DNA from: Nitrospirota bacterium
GTDB lineage: Bacteria; Nitrospirota; UBA9217
NCBI GenBank assembly: GCA_963818475.1
Contig: CAWFSF010000001.1
Span: 160,001-224,000, forward strand
DNA: 64,000 bases
Direction: 5' to 3'
Shown here: piece after piece, positions 48,912-58,276 of the stretch
How the letters are laid out: every line of letters begins with the position of its first letter
Numbering within the stretch: position 1 is the first letter of the stretch
The notes under the pieces: model-generated
The model's database searches: none
The model's input: only the letters and a program-made list of their open reading frames with translations
What the model was told of the DNA's origin: nothing
Made by a program: the position numbers and the translations under genes

Positions 48912-49501
48912 CGTTCCTCCACTTCGCCTTCACGCAGTTCCGTGTTTCCGGTGAGCGGCTTCACGATGAGCGTGAACGGTTTGTCATCGCCGTTGCGCAA
49001 ATGGATGAGCGCGGGCTCGACCCAGCCGTCCGGCGTAAAGAGGATATAGGGATCGTCGGGGTGGCTGCCGACCTGCACATCCCGGAACGATATTTGTCCT
49101 GCCAGGCTGCCTTCGCTCGCCAGGGCGGACTTGCAGCCGCTTGAATTCCGCAGTACCTTCCGATGCTCCTTCTGAAAGGACCGTAAACTCCTCGGCCCAG
49201 TACTTGCCGCCCTGGATATCGAACTTGAGCCGGTAGACCGTTTTTTTTGCCTGCGCCTCGTCCCGAAGGAACTTGATCATCCCGGTCAGATGGCGCGAGC
49301 TCCGTTTCAGGTTCGCCTCGCCGATATCGCCGAGCTTCGGGATGACCAGCCCCATCATCACGCCGAGAACAACGATCACGACCATGAGCTCGATGAGGGT
49401 AAAGCCTTTTGATTGCGGATTGCGGATTGCGGATTGCGGATTTCGATTCTTCTAATTTAATCCGACAATCCGAAATCCGAAATCCGAAATTGTTTCAGCA
49501 T
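48908..49501 (-). CDS. gspH: Minor pseudopilin H (frameshifted in leader and near 49130)
   Basis: KG|FTLIELMVVIVVLG; C-terminus PFTLIVKPLTG in another frame; nearest plausible ATG is 49501. Confidence 0.75.
49411..49490. repeat. Heptamer inverted repeat in the gspH leader region
   Basis: (GATTGCG)x4 arm facing (AATCCGA)n arm. Confidence 0.85.
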
Positions 49502-49504
49502 TTT

Positions 49505-49939
49505 TTACTCTATCTTCCAGCTCTCGATATCGGCGTTCTTGCCTTCGCCGCCCTGCTCGCCGTCCGGCCCGTAGGAAACGATCTCGTACTCACGGCCTTC
49601 ATTGCCCGGCGAGAAGTACAGGAAGTCCTTGCCCCAGGGGTCCTTCGGGATGCGCGCCGGTTTGAGGTATCCGCCTTCGTTCCACTTGTCCGGAATACGG
49701 CCGACCTCCGGCTTCTTGATCAGCGCGCTTAAGCCCTGGTCCGTTGTGGGATAGAAACCGTTGTCCAGCTTGAACCCGTCAAGGGCGCTTTCAATGGACT
49801 TGATCTGCACCTTGGCCGCGCTGACCTTGGCCTCTTCCTCCCGTCCCAGGATCTTGGGCAGCACTATGCCCGCAAGCAGGCCCAGAATGATCACCACGAC
49901 CATGATCTCGATAAGAGTAAATCCTCTTTTATTTTTCAT
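49505..49939 (-). CDS. gspG: Major pseudopilin G
   Basis: MKNKRG|FTLIEIMVVVIILGLL, FKLDNGFYPTTDQGL, PKDPWG, SYGPDG; AGGAG SD. Confidence 0.96.
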   Translation of the reverse strand: MKNKRGFTLIEIMVVVIILGLLAGIVLPKILGREEEAKVSAAKVQIKSIESALDGFKLDNGFYPTTDQGLSALIKKPEVGRIPDKWNEGGYLKPARIPKDPWGKDFLYFSPGNEGREYEIVSYGPDGEQGGEGKNADIESWKIE

Positions 49940-49955
49940 TTTTGATCTCCTTTTT

Positions 49956-49980
49956 AATCCGCAATCCGAAATCCGAAATT
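49956..49980. repeat. Single heptamer arm between gspF and gspG
   Basis: AATCCGC AATCCGA AATCCGA AATT. Confidence 0.7.
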
Positions 49981-49983
49981 TAT

Positions 49984-51205
49984 TTACCTCACCCCTGAGC
50001 TCATCTCCAGGATCGGCAGCATGATGGCGATCACGATGAATCCGACGATCAGCCCCATCAACAGGATGATGACCGGCTCCAGCAGCGACATGAGCGCGGT
50101 TATGCGCGTCTCGACGGTGCGGTCGAAGGAGTCGGAGATCTTGAGCAGCATCTTCTCGAGCTCGCCGCTCTTTTCTCCCACCGCCACCATCTGGATCACC
50201 ACCGGCGGGAAAAGGCCGCTCCGCCGGAGCGGGTCCGCGATGGGTTCGCCTTCGCGCACATTCTCGCGCGCCCGGTGCACGGCGTTGGCCAGCACCGTGT
50301 TCCCGACCACGCTCTTCACGATATCGAGCGCTGCCAGCGCCGGGACCCCGCTCTCCAGCAGCGTCCCCAGGGTGCGCGTAAAACGCGATACCGCGATCAT
50401 CCTGATGAGCCCGCCGAAGACCGGCATGTGCAGCAGCCAGCCGTCGAGCGCCTCCCTGCCTGCGGGCGTTTTGAAATGGCGCCTGAGATAGTAGACCGCT
50501 CCGGCCAGAGCGAGCACCAGTGGCCCACCAGTAGGACGACAGGAAGTTCACGATCCAGAGCAGCATGAGGGTGATGAACGGCAGCTGCTGGTTCATGTCC
50601 TGGAACATGCCGGTCACCCGCGGCATCACGAAGGCGAACAGGAAGAACAGCACACCGATGCCGATGAGCGACATGAGCGCGGGATAGGCCAGGGCTGCGG
50701 CGAGCTTGCCGCGGAACCGCACCTGCTCGTCGAGGAAATCGGAAAGCCGGTCAAGCGTGATCTCCAGCGTGCCGCTCGTCTCTCCGGCGGAGACCATGTT
50801 CACGTAGAGGTCTGAAAAAGCCTTCGGGTTCGCCTTGAGCGCATCGGCAAGCGAGGACCCTTCCCGGACCGCGTCGCGCACCGAGGAGAGCGCGGACTTC
50901 AGCGCTTCGCTTTCCTCCTGCTCCACCAGCAGGCTGAGGGCGTCCATGAGCGGCAGGCCGGACGAGAGCAGCGTGGCAAGCTGGCGCGTGGCATTCGCCA
51001 CATCGCCGAGCCGCACCCGGCCGGCCGTGGTGAAATTCCAGATCCCGCTGCGGACGGCACGGGCCCTTGCGGCTTCCTGGATCTCGAGCACCACGATGCC
51101 GTCTTTTTTGAGCCTGGCCCTGACCGCCTTGAGGCTCTCGCCGTCCTGGACCCCGGAAAGCTTCTTCCCCAGGGAGGAAACACCTTTATATTCGTAGACA
51201 GGCAT
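49984..51205 (-). CDS. gspF: Type II secretion inner-membrane protein F (one +1 frameshift near 50520)
   Basis: MPVYEYKG, TRQLATLLSSGLPL, ALAYP, RFTRTLGTLL, AVGEKSGEL, LLEPVII. Confidence 0.92.
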
Positions 51206-51215
51206 AATGTACAGC

Positions 51216-51335
51216 AAATTCCAATATCGAAATCCGAAATCCCAAACAAACACCAATCCCCTATGTTCAGAACATTTTGAACCTTGGAAATTTGACATTG
51301 AACATTATTTAGGATTTCGTGCTTGCTCTTTGGTG
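51216..51335. repeat. Degenerate heptamer-periodic element between gspE and gspF
   Basis: AAATTCC AATATCG AAATCCG AAATCCC ... TTGGAAA TTTGACA TTGAACA ... GGATTTC GTGCTT. Confidence 0.6.
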
Positions 51336-51339
51336 CTTG

Positions 51340-53028
51340 CTACTGCGACTCCCTCTGCGTCACGCGCACGATTTCCTCGACGGACGTGATGCCTTTGAGC
51401 ACCTTGGTGGCGCCGTCCTGGCGCAAGGTCTGCATCCCCTTTTCCACGGCCAGGGCCTTGATGGTGGAGGAATCGCTGCTCGTCATGATGAGCTGCCGGA
51501 TATCGTCGTCCAGCATCAGCAGTTCGTAGATGGCGCTCCTGCCGAGGTAGCCGGTATGGAAACAGGCATCGCACCCTTTGGCGCGGTAGACCGTTGCGCC
51601 TTCGCCCCCGGTCCTGATCTCAAGCTCGGCGCGTTCGGCAGCGGTCAGTTCGTAGGGCTCGCGGCAATGGGTGCAGAGCACCCGCACCAGCCGCTGGGCA
51701 AGGACGGCCATGACCGACGAGGAGATCAGGAAGGGCTCGATCTTCATGTCGATCAATCTCGTCACCGCGCCCGCGGAATCGTTCGTATGGAGCGTGGAGA
51801 ACACCAGGTGGCCCGTGAGCGCCGCCTGGATCGCGATCTCGGCGGTCTCGGAATCGCGGATCTCACCCACCAGGATCACGTCAGGGTCCTGCCTGAGCAC
51901 GGACCGGAGCCCGGCGGCAAAGGTCAGGTGGATCTTGGGGTTCACCTGGATCTGGCCGATGCCCTTGAGCTGGTACTCGATCGGGTCCTCGATGGTAATG
52001 ATATTCTTGTCGGGCGCGTTGATCTTCGAGAGCGCGCCGTAGAGCGTCGTGGTCTTGCCGCTGCCCGTGGGGCCCGTCACCAGGACGATCCCGTGGGGGC
52101 GGGTGATCAGTTCGTTGAACCGGTCGAGGTTATCGCCGGAGAACCCGATCTGCTCGAGCGGCAGCAGCGCGCTCTCGCGGTAGAGCAGCCGGAGCACGAT
52201 GCGCTCGCCGAAAGCCGTAGGCACGATGGAAACGCGGATATCCACATCCTTGCCGCCGATCTTGATCCGCATGCCGCCGTCCTGGGGCAGCCGCTTCTCG
52301 GCGATGTTCAGGTCCGCCATGATCTTGATGCGCGACGCAATGCTGGCCTGAAAACGCTTCTGGATCGTCAGGATGTTATAGAGGATGCCGTCGATGCGGA
52401 ACCGCGCCACCACGTCCTTTTCGAAGGCTTCGATGTGGATGTCGCTGGCCCGTTCACGGATCGCCTGCGAGAGGAGCGAGTTCACCAGCCTGATGATCGG
52501 CGCGTCGTCCGTGACATCGAGCAGGTCGGCCGGCTCGTCAAGCTCGGCCGCGAGGAACGAAAGCTCGTCCTCTTCCATTTCCTGCGCCGTGTCTTCGGCC
52601 TTGTTCATGTCTTCGCTGTGCAGGCGGTTGATCGTATCGAGGATCGTTTCGGCAGGGGCGAGGCAGAGCGCAATATCGGCGCCCAGCAGCACCCGGAGAT
52701 CGTCAATGGTCGAGAGCAGGAGCGGTTCGGCAGTAACGGCGATGATCGTGCCGTTCTCCTGGCGGATCGGCAGGACCACGGCTTTCTTGGCATAGGTGAT
52801 CGGGAGCCGGAGCGCCAGTGCACGGTCGATGTCGCCGAGGTCGGCGGTGAAGGGCAGGCCCAGCTGCGTGCCGAGCGCCTTCAGGACATCGGCTTCCGGC
52901 ACGAGGTTGAGGCGGGAAAGGATCGTACCGATGCGGCCGCCGCGCTTTTTCTGGAGTTCAAGCGCCTTTTTCAGCCGGTCGGGCGACAGCCCGGACTCAA
53001 CAAGTATCTCGCCGAGCAGCCGTTTCAC
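51340..53028 (-). CDS. gspE: Type II secretion ATPase E
   Basis: ASDIHIE, GPTGSGKTTT, LRQDPDVILVGEIRD, HLVFSTLHTN, CxxC pairs. Confidence 0.97.
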   Translation of the reverse strand: MKRLLGEILVESGLSPDRLKKALELQKKRGGRIGTILSRLNLVPEADVLKALGTQLGLPFTADLGDIDRALALRLPITYAKKAVVLPIRQENGTIIAVTAEPLLLSTIDDLRVLLGADIALCLAPAETILDTINRLHSEDMNKAEDTAQEMEEDELSFLAAELDEPADLLDVTDDAPIIRLVNSLLSQAIRERASDIHIEAFEKDVVARFRIDGILYNILTIQKRFQASIASRIKIMADLNIAEKRLPQDGGMRIKIGGKDVDIRVSIVPTAFGERIVLRLLYRESALLPLEQIGFSGDNLDRFNELITRPHGIVLVTGPTGSGKTTTLYGALSKINAPDKNIITIEDPIEYQLKGIGQIQVNPKIHLTFAAGLRSVLRQDPDVILVGEIRDSETAEIAIQAALTGHLVFSTLHTNDSAGAVTRLIDMKIEPFLISSSVMAVLAQRLVRVLCTHCREPYELTAAERAELEIRTGGEGATVYRAKGCDACFHTGYLGRSAIYELLMLDDDIRQLIMTSSDSSTIKALAVEKGMQTLRQDGATKVLKGITSVEEIVRVTQRESQ

Positions 53029-55088
53029 CGCTGTTCCTTCGTGGGAGTTGTTGATTCTTCCGGGATCGGAATGGTGGCGGTCGGAGCGGTCGTCACGTCT
53101 CCTGCCGCAGGCGCGGTCGGGACGCTCTCCACTGCCTCTGCCGCCGGTGCGGTCACGGTCGGAGCGCTTTGCATTCCCTCTTCGCCTCCGGTGGCCGCGG
53201 ACGGTGCCGGGCCGGTGGACTGGTCCGGCGATTTTTGGATCGAAAACGGTTCCATGTCCTTCTTTTCGATGTGATGCTCCTTGCGGAAATTCTCCATAGC
53301 ATCGGAATTGCGGCGGGTGATGTCAGCTGCATCCTGCTCGTTCTTGATGATGTAGGGCGTGATAAAGATCATCAGATTGGTCTTCTCGACCTTCGAAGTC
53401 TTATACTTGAACAGCCAGCCAAGGACCGGGATATCGCCCAGGAGCGGAACCTTGCTCTCGCTCGAGGTCACATTGTCGCGGATCAAACCGCCAATGACCA
53501 TGGTCTCGCGGTCCTTTACCACCACGGTCGTGGTCGCCGACCGCTTGTTGGTGATGAGGCCGGCCGAGTTCAGGGCGGAGGCCGCGACCACGTCGGAGAT
53601 CTCCTGGTTGATGTCCAGCCGGACGTTGTCATCGGAGGATATCTGGGGCGTGATCGACAGCTTGATGCCCACATCCTTGCGCTCGATCGTATTGAAGATA
53701 CCCTGCGTGCCGGTCGTCGCGTTCTGGGTCTGACCGACCGTGAACGGCACGTTCTGACCGACCATGATCTCCGCCTTCTGGTTGTCCGTAGTGAGAATGT
53801 TCGGCGTGGACAGCACGTTCACATCGCCGTCGGTCTGGAGCGCGCGCAGAAGCGCGCCGATATTCAGAAAGTCCTGGCCATTATACCGAAAGGTCCCCTT
53901 GATCGCCCCGATGGCAAGGCCGTTCATCGAGCCCAACGCTGCCGGTCCGCCCGCCACGACGTTCCCGATGTTGCCGAAGTTCGTGCCGCCCAGGGGAGTG
54001 GTCGGCGCGCCTGGCCCTGACTGGATCTCCCGGGGCGCGTACAGGAATTCGAAACCAAGCTCGCGCTGCTTCTGCAGGCTCATCTCGATGATCGCCGCTT
54101 CGACGTAAACCTGCCGGCGACGGATATCCAGTTTCAGGAGCACGTCTCTGACGGTCTCGTAATCGCCCGGCGAGGCCACGATGATCAGGGAGTTGGTCGC
54201 CTTGTCCGACGTGATCGAGACGGCGCCTTCGAGGATGCTTGCCCCACCGACCGCTGCACCGCCTGCAGGCGGGACAGGAATACGTGAGACAAGCGCGGCC
54301 ATGCTCTTGGCGATGTCCTCGGAACTGGCATGCTTGAGGTAGTAAACGTTGATCTTGCCCTTGCCCTCGGTGGCGGCCACGTCCATGGCATGGACCAGGC
54401 TTTCGATCTTTCTGATGTTCGACACCGAATCGGTGATGATCAGCGAGTTGGTCGGTGCATAGGCGATGAGGGAGCCGTCCTTGCTCATAAGCGGCGTCAG
54501 CGCCCGCGTGATCTCCTGGGGGTTGACATAGTTCATGCGGATGAGCTGGGTCACGTAGCCTTCACCGCCGAATTGGCCGTCCTGATACACCTTGAGGCCG
54601 CTCTGCCGGGCCTGGGCCGAAGAAATGATGCGAATGACCTTGCCGTCCTCGATCGCGGTGAACCCCTTGATCTCCAGTGCGGACTGGAACACCTGGTAGG
54701 CCTCTTCCGGCGAGATCCGCGTCGGGGTCATCAGCGTCACTTTGCCGACCACGCGTTCATCGAGGATGAAGTTCCTGCGCGTGAGTTCGCTCATCACCTT
54801 GACCAGCGCGCTGATCTCGATGTTCGTGAAATTAAGGGCGATAAAATTCTCCCCCGTTTTTGACCTCGTCTTTTCGATCTTTTCTGGCGGGGATGCAGGA
54901 GCGGAAGGAGACGGCGGAGCTGCCTCTTGTGCAGAAGGTGGCGGTGGAACAACCTCCTGTGCAGAAGGTGGAGGAGGCGGCGGAACAACCTCTTGTGCAG
55001 AAGGTGGAGGCGGCGGAACAACCTCCTGTGCAGAAACAACGCTCGTAATGACAAGCCCCACAAGGAAAAGGGCCACTGTTTTTTTCAC
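53025..55088 (-). CDS. gspD: Type II secretion secretin D
   Basis: LNFTNIEI, LDIRRRQVYVEAAIIE, NVLSTPNILT, KVPLLGDIPVLGWLFK. Confidence 0.97.
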   Translation of the reverse strand: MKKTVALFLVGLVITSVVSAQEVVPPPPPSAQEVVPPPPPPSAQEVVPPPPSAQEAAPPSPSAPASPPEKIEKTRSKTGENFIALNFTNIEISALVKVMSELTRRNFILDERVVGKVTLMTPTRISPEEAYQVFQSALEIKGFTAIEDGKVIRIISSAQARQSGLKVYQDGQFGGEGYVTQLIRMNYVNPQEITRALTPLMSKDGSLIAYAPTNSLIITDSVSNIRKIESLVHAMDVAATEGKGKINVYYLKHASSEDIAKSMAALVSRIPVPPAGGAAVGGASILEGAVSITSDKATNSLIIVASPGDYETVRDVLLKLDIRRRQVYVEAAIIEMSLQKQRELGFEFLYAPREIQSGPGAPTTPLGGTNFGNIGNVVAGGPAALGSMNGLAIGAIKGTFRYNGQDFLNIGALLRALQTDGDVNVLSTPNILTTDNQKAEIMVGQNVPFTVGQTQNATTGTQGIFNTIERKDVGIKLSITPQISSDDNVRLDINQEISDVVAASALNSAGLITNKRSATTTVVVKDRETMVIGGLIRDNVTSSESKVPLLGDIPVLGWLFKYKTSKVEKTNLMIFITPYIIKNEQDAADITRRNSDAMENFRKEHHIEKKDMEPFSIQKSPDQSTGPAPSAATGGEEGMQSAPTVTAPAAEAVESVPTAPAAGDVTTAPTATIPIPEESTTPTKEQR
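54906..55034 (-). repeat. Coding tandem repeat SAQEVVPPPP(P)n in gspD
   Basis: Three 30-36 bp units plus a degenerate fourth. Confidence 0.85.
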
Positions 55089-55265
55089 GCTGAGCCTCCG
55101 GTATAAGAATTACAGCAGTAGCAGCCCTTTCGGGGAAACACGAGACGCCTAAATGAACTCTTTTGGATTATGGCACAGATGGTATCCTGAGGTAAAAACC
55201 GTTAATTCGGCCCCGGGACAGGGCCCTGTTCCTGGCCCTTGACTGCCCCGTTGCCACCGCCCCGG

Positions 55266-56102
55266 TCAGCGGATCTCGTAGTTCAGCGTCTGGCGCTGAC
55301 CGTTGCGCATAAGATCGATCGAAATGTTCTTTTCTTCCTTCAGCCCCTGGTACAGCTGGAAGAACTTGCCGGGATCGTCAACGTCCTGCGCATTGACCTT
55401 CTGGATCACATCGCCGTTCTTGAGCCCGATCTTCTCATAGATGCTTCCGGCCACGATCTCGCTGATGCGGAACCCGACGGTCTTCCCCGCTTCCATGTAC
55501 GGCAGGGCGCGCGCCTGGGTCAGGATCTGGTTCATATTCTCGGTGCTCGCTGCAACCTCCCGCTGATCCAGCATATACTTGTCCCGGGACAGCTGCCGCA
55601 CGCCGGGCGAAGCCGCCGAAGGAGTTGCCATGACGATCTTCGTCGTCGTCCTCCATCTGTAGCTACGGTGACCGAACCGTCCGCCCGCTTAAGCGAGACG
55701 CTGTCGCGTTTCACTTTTACGATCCGTGAACCATCGGGCAGTTTCTCGTTGAGCCGGTAAAAGGCCTGCGGGTTCGCGGGACTGTCGAGCACGGCGCCTG
55801 AGAAGTGCTCACCCTCGATGGTCCCGATCAGGACGTACACGGAAGGCGCCGAAGCCTGGGCCGGCCCGCCTGACGGGCCTTTGCCTTCGCCAAAAAGGCC
55901 GCGCTCGAGGATAGACGAATAGTCGCTCAGCTCCCGCCGCGGTTCAAGCGCCGGACGGCTCTGTTCCCTGGGCAGACGTGATCGTCGCCGCAGCTTCGAG
56001 GCTCCTGCCGATCATGGCGTCAACGGTATCAGCAAGAAAATATGCCGACACCGTGAGGAGCGCAATAAGTATGAGGCTATAGATGGTTTTTTCTTCTTTC
56101 AT
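55266..56102 (-). CDS. gspC: Type II secretion protein C (several frameshifts)
   Basis: N-terminal TM, YVLIGTIEG HR domain, PDZ GFRISEIVAGSIYEKIGLKNGDVI. Confidence 0.85.
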
Positions 56103-56143
56103 GACATTTACCGTATATTCGAGTTTTCACGTACACGTACAAA

Positions 56144-56172
56144 ATTATACTCCTTGGGGCACGGCTTGTCAA
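56144..56172 (-). promoter_or_regulatory. Sigma70 promoter of the gsp operon
   Basis: Perfect TTGACA-N17-TATAAT. Confidence 0.85.
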
Positions 56173-56229
56173 TTCCTAACCGATTGACGGAAAAAGGCTT
56201 TTCCATTTGCCAAAGACGCCGGATAACGT

Positions 56230-56916
56230 TCAGGGTTTGAAGAACGCGCTATAAAAACCCTTGGCCCGTGAGCGGTAGGCAGGGTAGATCCTGTCGGATT
56301 GTGCGGTGATACTGTGGAGATCGATGCCCTTCTCGTGCTCAAGCCATCCACTCACCATCAGAAGGGGTAACCTCGATATGGAACTGGAGCGCATAGACCC
56401 GGTCGGAGAAACGAAACGCCTGGTTCTGGTACAGGCCCGACGATGCCAGTCGCACAGCGCCGCCGGGCAGGTCAAAGGTGTCGCCATGCCATTGGAACAC
56501 CTCGGCAGCCTGCCTGCCCTGCATGGCCAGCGGTGCCATGACAGGGTCCTGCATGGCGGCGTCGCTCAGCTCCACCTCGTACCACCCGATCTCCTGCTGA
56601 GCTGCCGGCGTAGACCCGGGCCCCGAGCACGTGGGCGATCATCTGGGCGCCGAGACAAACGCCGAGCACCCGCTTCCCGTGCCTTGATGGCCTGCTCGAT
56701 CAGGAGGGCTTCGTTCTTCAGATGCTGATGGAGATGCATCTCATACACGGCCATGGGCCCGCCCATGATGACCAGATGGGTAAAGCTGCCGGGATCAGGC
56801 AAGGGATCGCCCCTTCGCAGGTCAATGACTGTTGCGGCCAGTCCCTGAGACCGGAGGTGGTCCTCGATGGTGCCGGGGCCTTCTGCAGCAATGTTCTTGA
56901 CGATAAGGACGTTCAC
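56230..56916 (-). CDS. Class I glutamine amidotransferase (several frameshifts)
   Basis: EGPGTI, IMGGPMAVYE, LGVCLGAQMIA, FQWHGDTFDLP, LQFHIE spread over consecutive frames. Confidence 0.85.
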
Positions 56917-57098
56917 GCCTGTTCTCCGTTTTCCACGGCTGAGGTAAAAAAGATAAAAGCCATGCCCGGCCTGCGCGATGACTCGGTGGTGACGAAATGT
57001 ATGCTCGAGAACAGGTACCCCTGCGCGGTCCAGTGGTTCAGGATCGACTCGATCGATTCATCGGTCACCATGCTCGTTTCAACGACTTTGTAGGCCAT
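56913..57098 (-). CDS. Small DUF4177-like protein
   Basis: YKVVETSMVTDESIESILNHWTAQGY...SSRRPGMAFIFF. Confidence 0.7.
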   Translation of the reverse strand: MAYKVVETSMVTDESIESILNHWTAQGYLFSSIHFVTTESSRRPGMAFIFFTSAVENGEQA

Positions 57099-57103
57099 GG
57101 GGC

Positions 57104-57132
57104 ATTATAAGCAATTTCGGATCATATTGCAA
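57104..57132 (-). promoter_or_regulatory. Sigma70 promoter, probably leaderless transcript
   Basis: TTGCAA-N17-TATAAT-N5-ATG. Confidence 0.7.
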
Positions 57133-57195
57133 TTCGCAGAAAGACGACGGTGTACTGGAGCTTTTTGAAAAAACCTTTTCCTGAAAAAGATCTTT

Positions 57196-57315
57196 GGACA
57201 CGGAAGGAGCGGATTAACAGCGGATAAATCATAAACAACGCACTCACCTCTTGGGTGAAACAGGTATCAGGAAAAAATCCGCCGTTATCGACTCTTATCC
57301 GACTTGATCAGTGTC
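57196..57315. repeat. Degenerate palindromic intergenic element
   Basis: GACACGGAAGGAGCGGATTAACAGCGGATAA ... ATCCGCCGTTATCGACTCTTATCCGACTTGATCAGTGTC. Confidence 0.45.
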
Positions 57316-57489
57316 AAAGGATGTTTTGTAGGTTTGACAGGGTTTAGCTGGATTTTCGTGATGGAATGGTTTTATCGGATTTTGTCCTGCCTGTTGGCAG
57401 AATAAACCAACGGCGACCGATACTGCACGGCCGCCGTTGGAAGGAGGAGGTGTTCAGAAGAAGAGATACGGGACGCCGTTCTCAGCGCG

Positions 57490-58113
57490 TCAAATGACGC
57501 CGCTCTTGCGGGCTTTGACCAGCGCTTCGGTCCGGTCCTTTGACTGGAGCTTTTCGTAGATCCTTTTGATATGCGAGTGGACCGTATGGGAACTGATGCT
57601 CAGGTCCGTGGCAATCTCCTTATAGGTCATGCCCAGCTCAATACATTTGAGGATGCTCTTCTCGCGCTGGCTTAAAACGAACTGCTCGGCGATTTCCGCG
57701 TCCTGGAACTCGTGGATCACCTTCCGGGCGATCTTCGGGCTCATGGGTGAGCCCCCCTGGTGGAGTTCGTAGATCGCCTCGATGATCTCACGCGGACTGC
57801 ATCCCTTCAGGAGGTAACCCGAGGCGCCTGCCTTGAGCGCGGAAAAAACGTTTTCCCGGTCGTCGAAGACCGTGTGCGCCATGATCTCGAGCGAAGGCGA
57901 TTCGGCCTTGATCTTTTTTATGAATTCGATCCCCGACATGCCGGGCAGGCCGAGATCGCACAGCACGACCTCGGGCAGGGACTTCTGCAGGGATTAAAGG
58001 GCGTCCTCGCCCGACGGATAGGCGCCGTCCACCGTAATGCCCGGATCCCCGCCCAGGAGGAGCTTGAGATTATCGCGCAGGAGCGGATCGTCTTCAACGA
58101 TTACGAGTTTCAT
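57490..58113 (-). pseudogene. NarL/LuxR-family response regulator with in-frame TAA at codon 40 (pseudogene or base error)
   Basis: MKLVIVEDDPLLR...EDAL*SLQKSLPEVVLCDLGLPGMSG...HTH ISSHTVHSHIKRIYEKL; TAA at 57994-57996. Confidence 0.75.
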
Positions 58114-58241
58114 GAGAATGAACTGTACCATACCCTTCCTCAATGCGCTATACCCCGAACGGGGTATTTTCGGGCTAATGCGACGGACGCACAGGAGAAC
58201 CGCAAACAGGACGGGGTTGCGTATAGAGCACTACTTTCCTG

Positions 58242-58270
58242 TTGCTATTCATGGTCAGAGTCAATATAAT
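58242..58270 (+). promoter_or_regulatory. Sigma70 promoter, probably leaderless namZ transcript
   Basis: TTGCTA-N17-TATAAT-N6-ATG. Confidence 0.7.
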
Positions 58271-58276
58271 CTGCGC

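Noticed and set aside
48425-49980. CRISPR array interpretation of the repeats
   Set aside because: Units are 7-nt tandem repeats with no unique spacers and no cas genes.
49505-51298. 597-aa apparent GspF-GspG fusion in the ORF track
   Set aside because: Produced by a +1 insertion near 50520. The middle is off-frame gspF, and gspG has its own SD, ATG and prepilin leader.
57994-57996. Recoded stop in the response regulator
   Set aside because: The codon is TAA, which does not encode Sec or Pyl, and the position is not a catalytic site.
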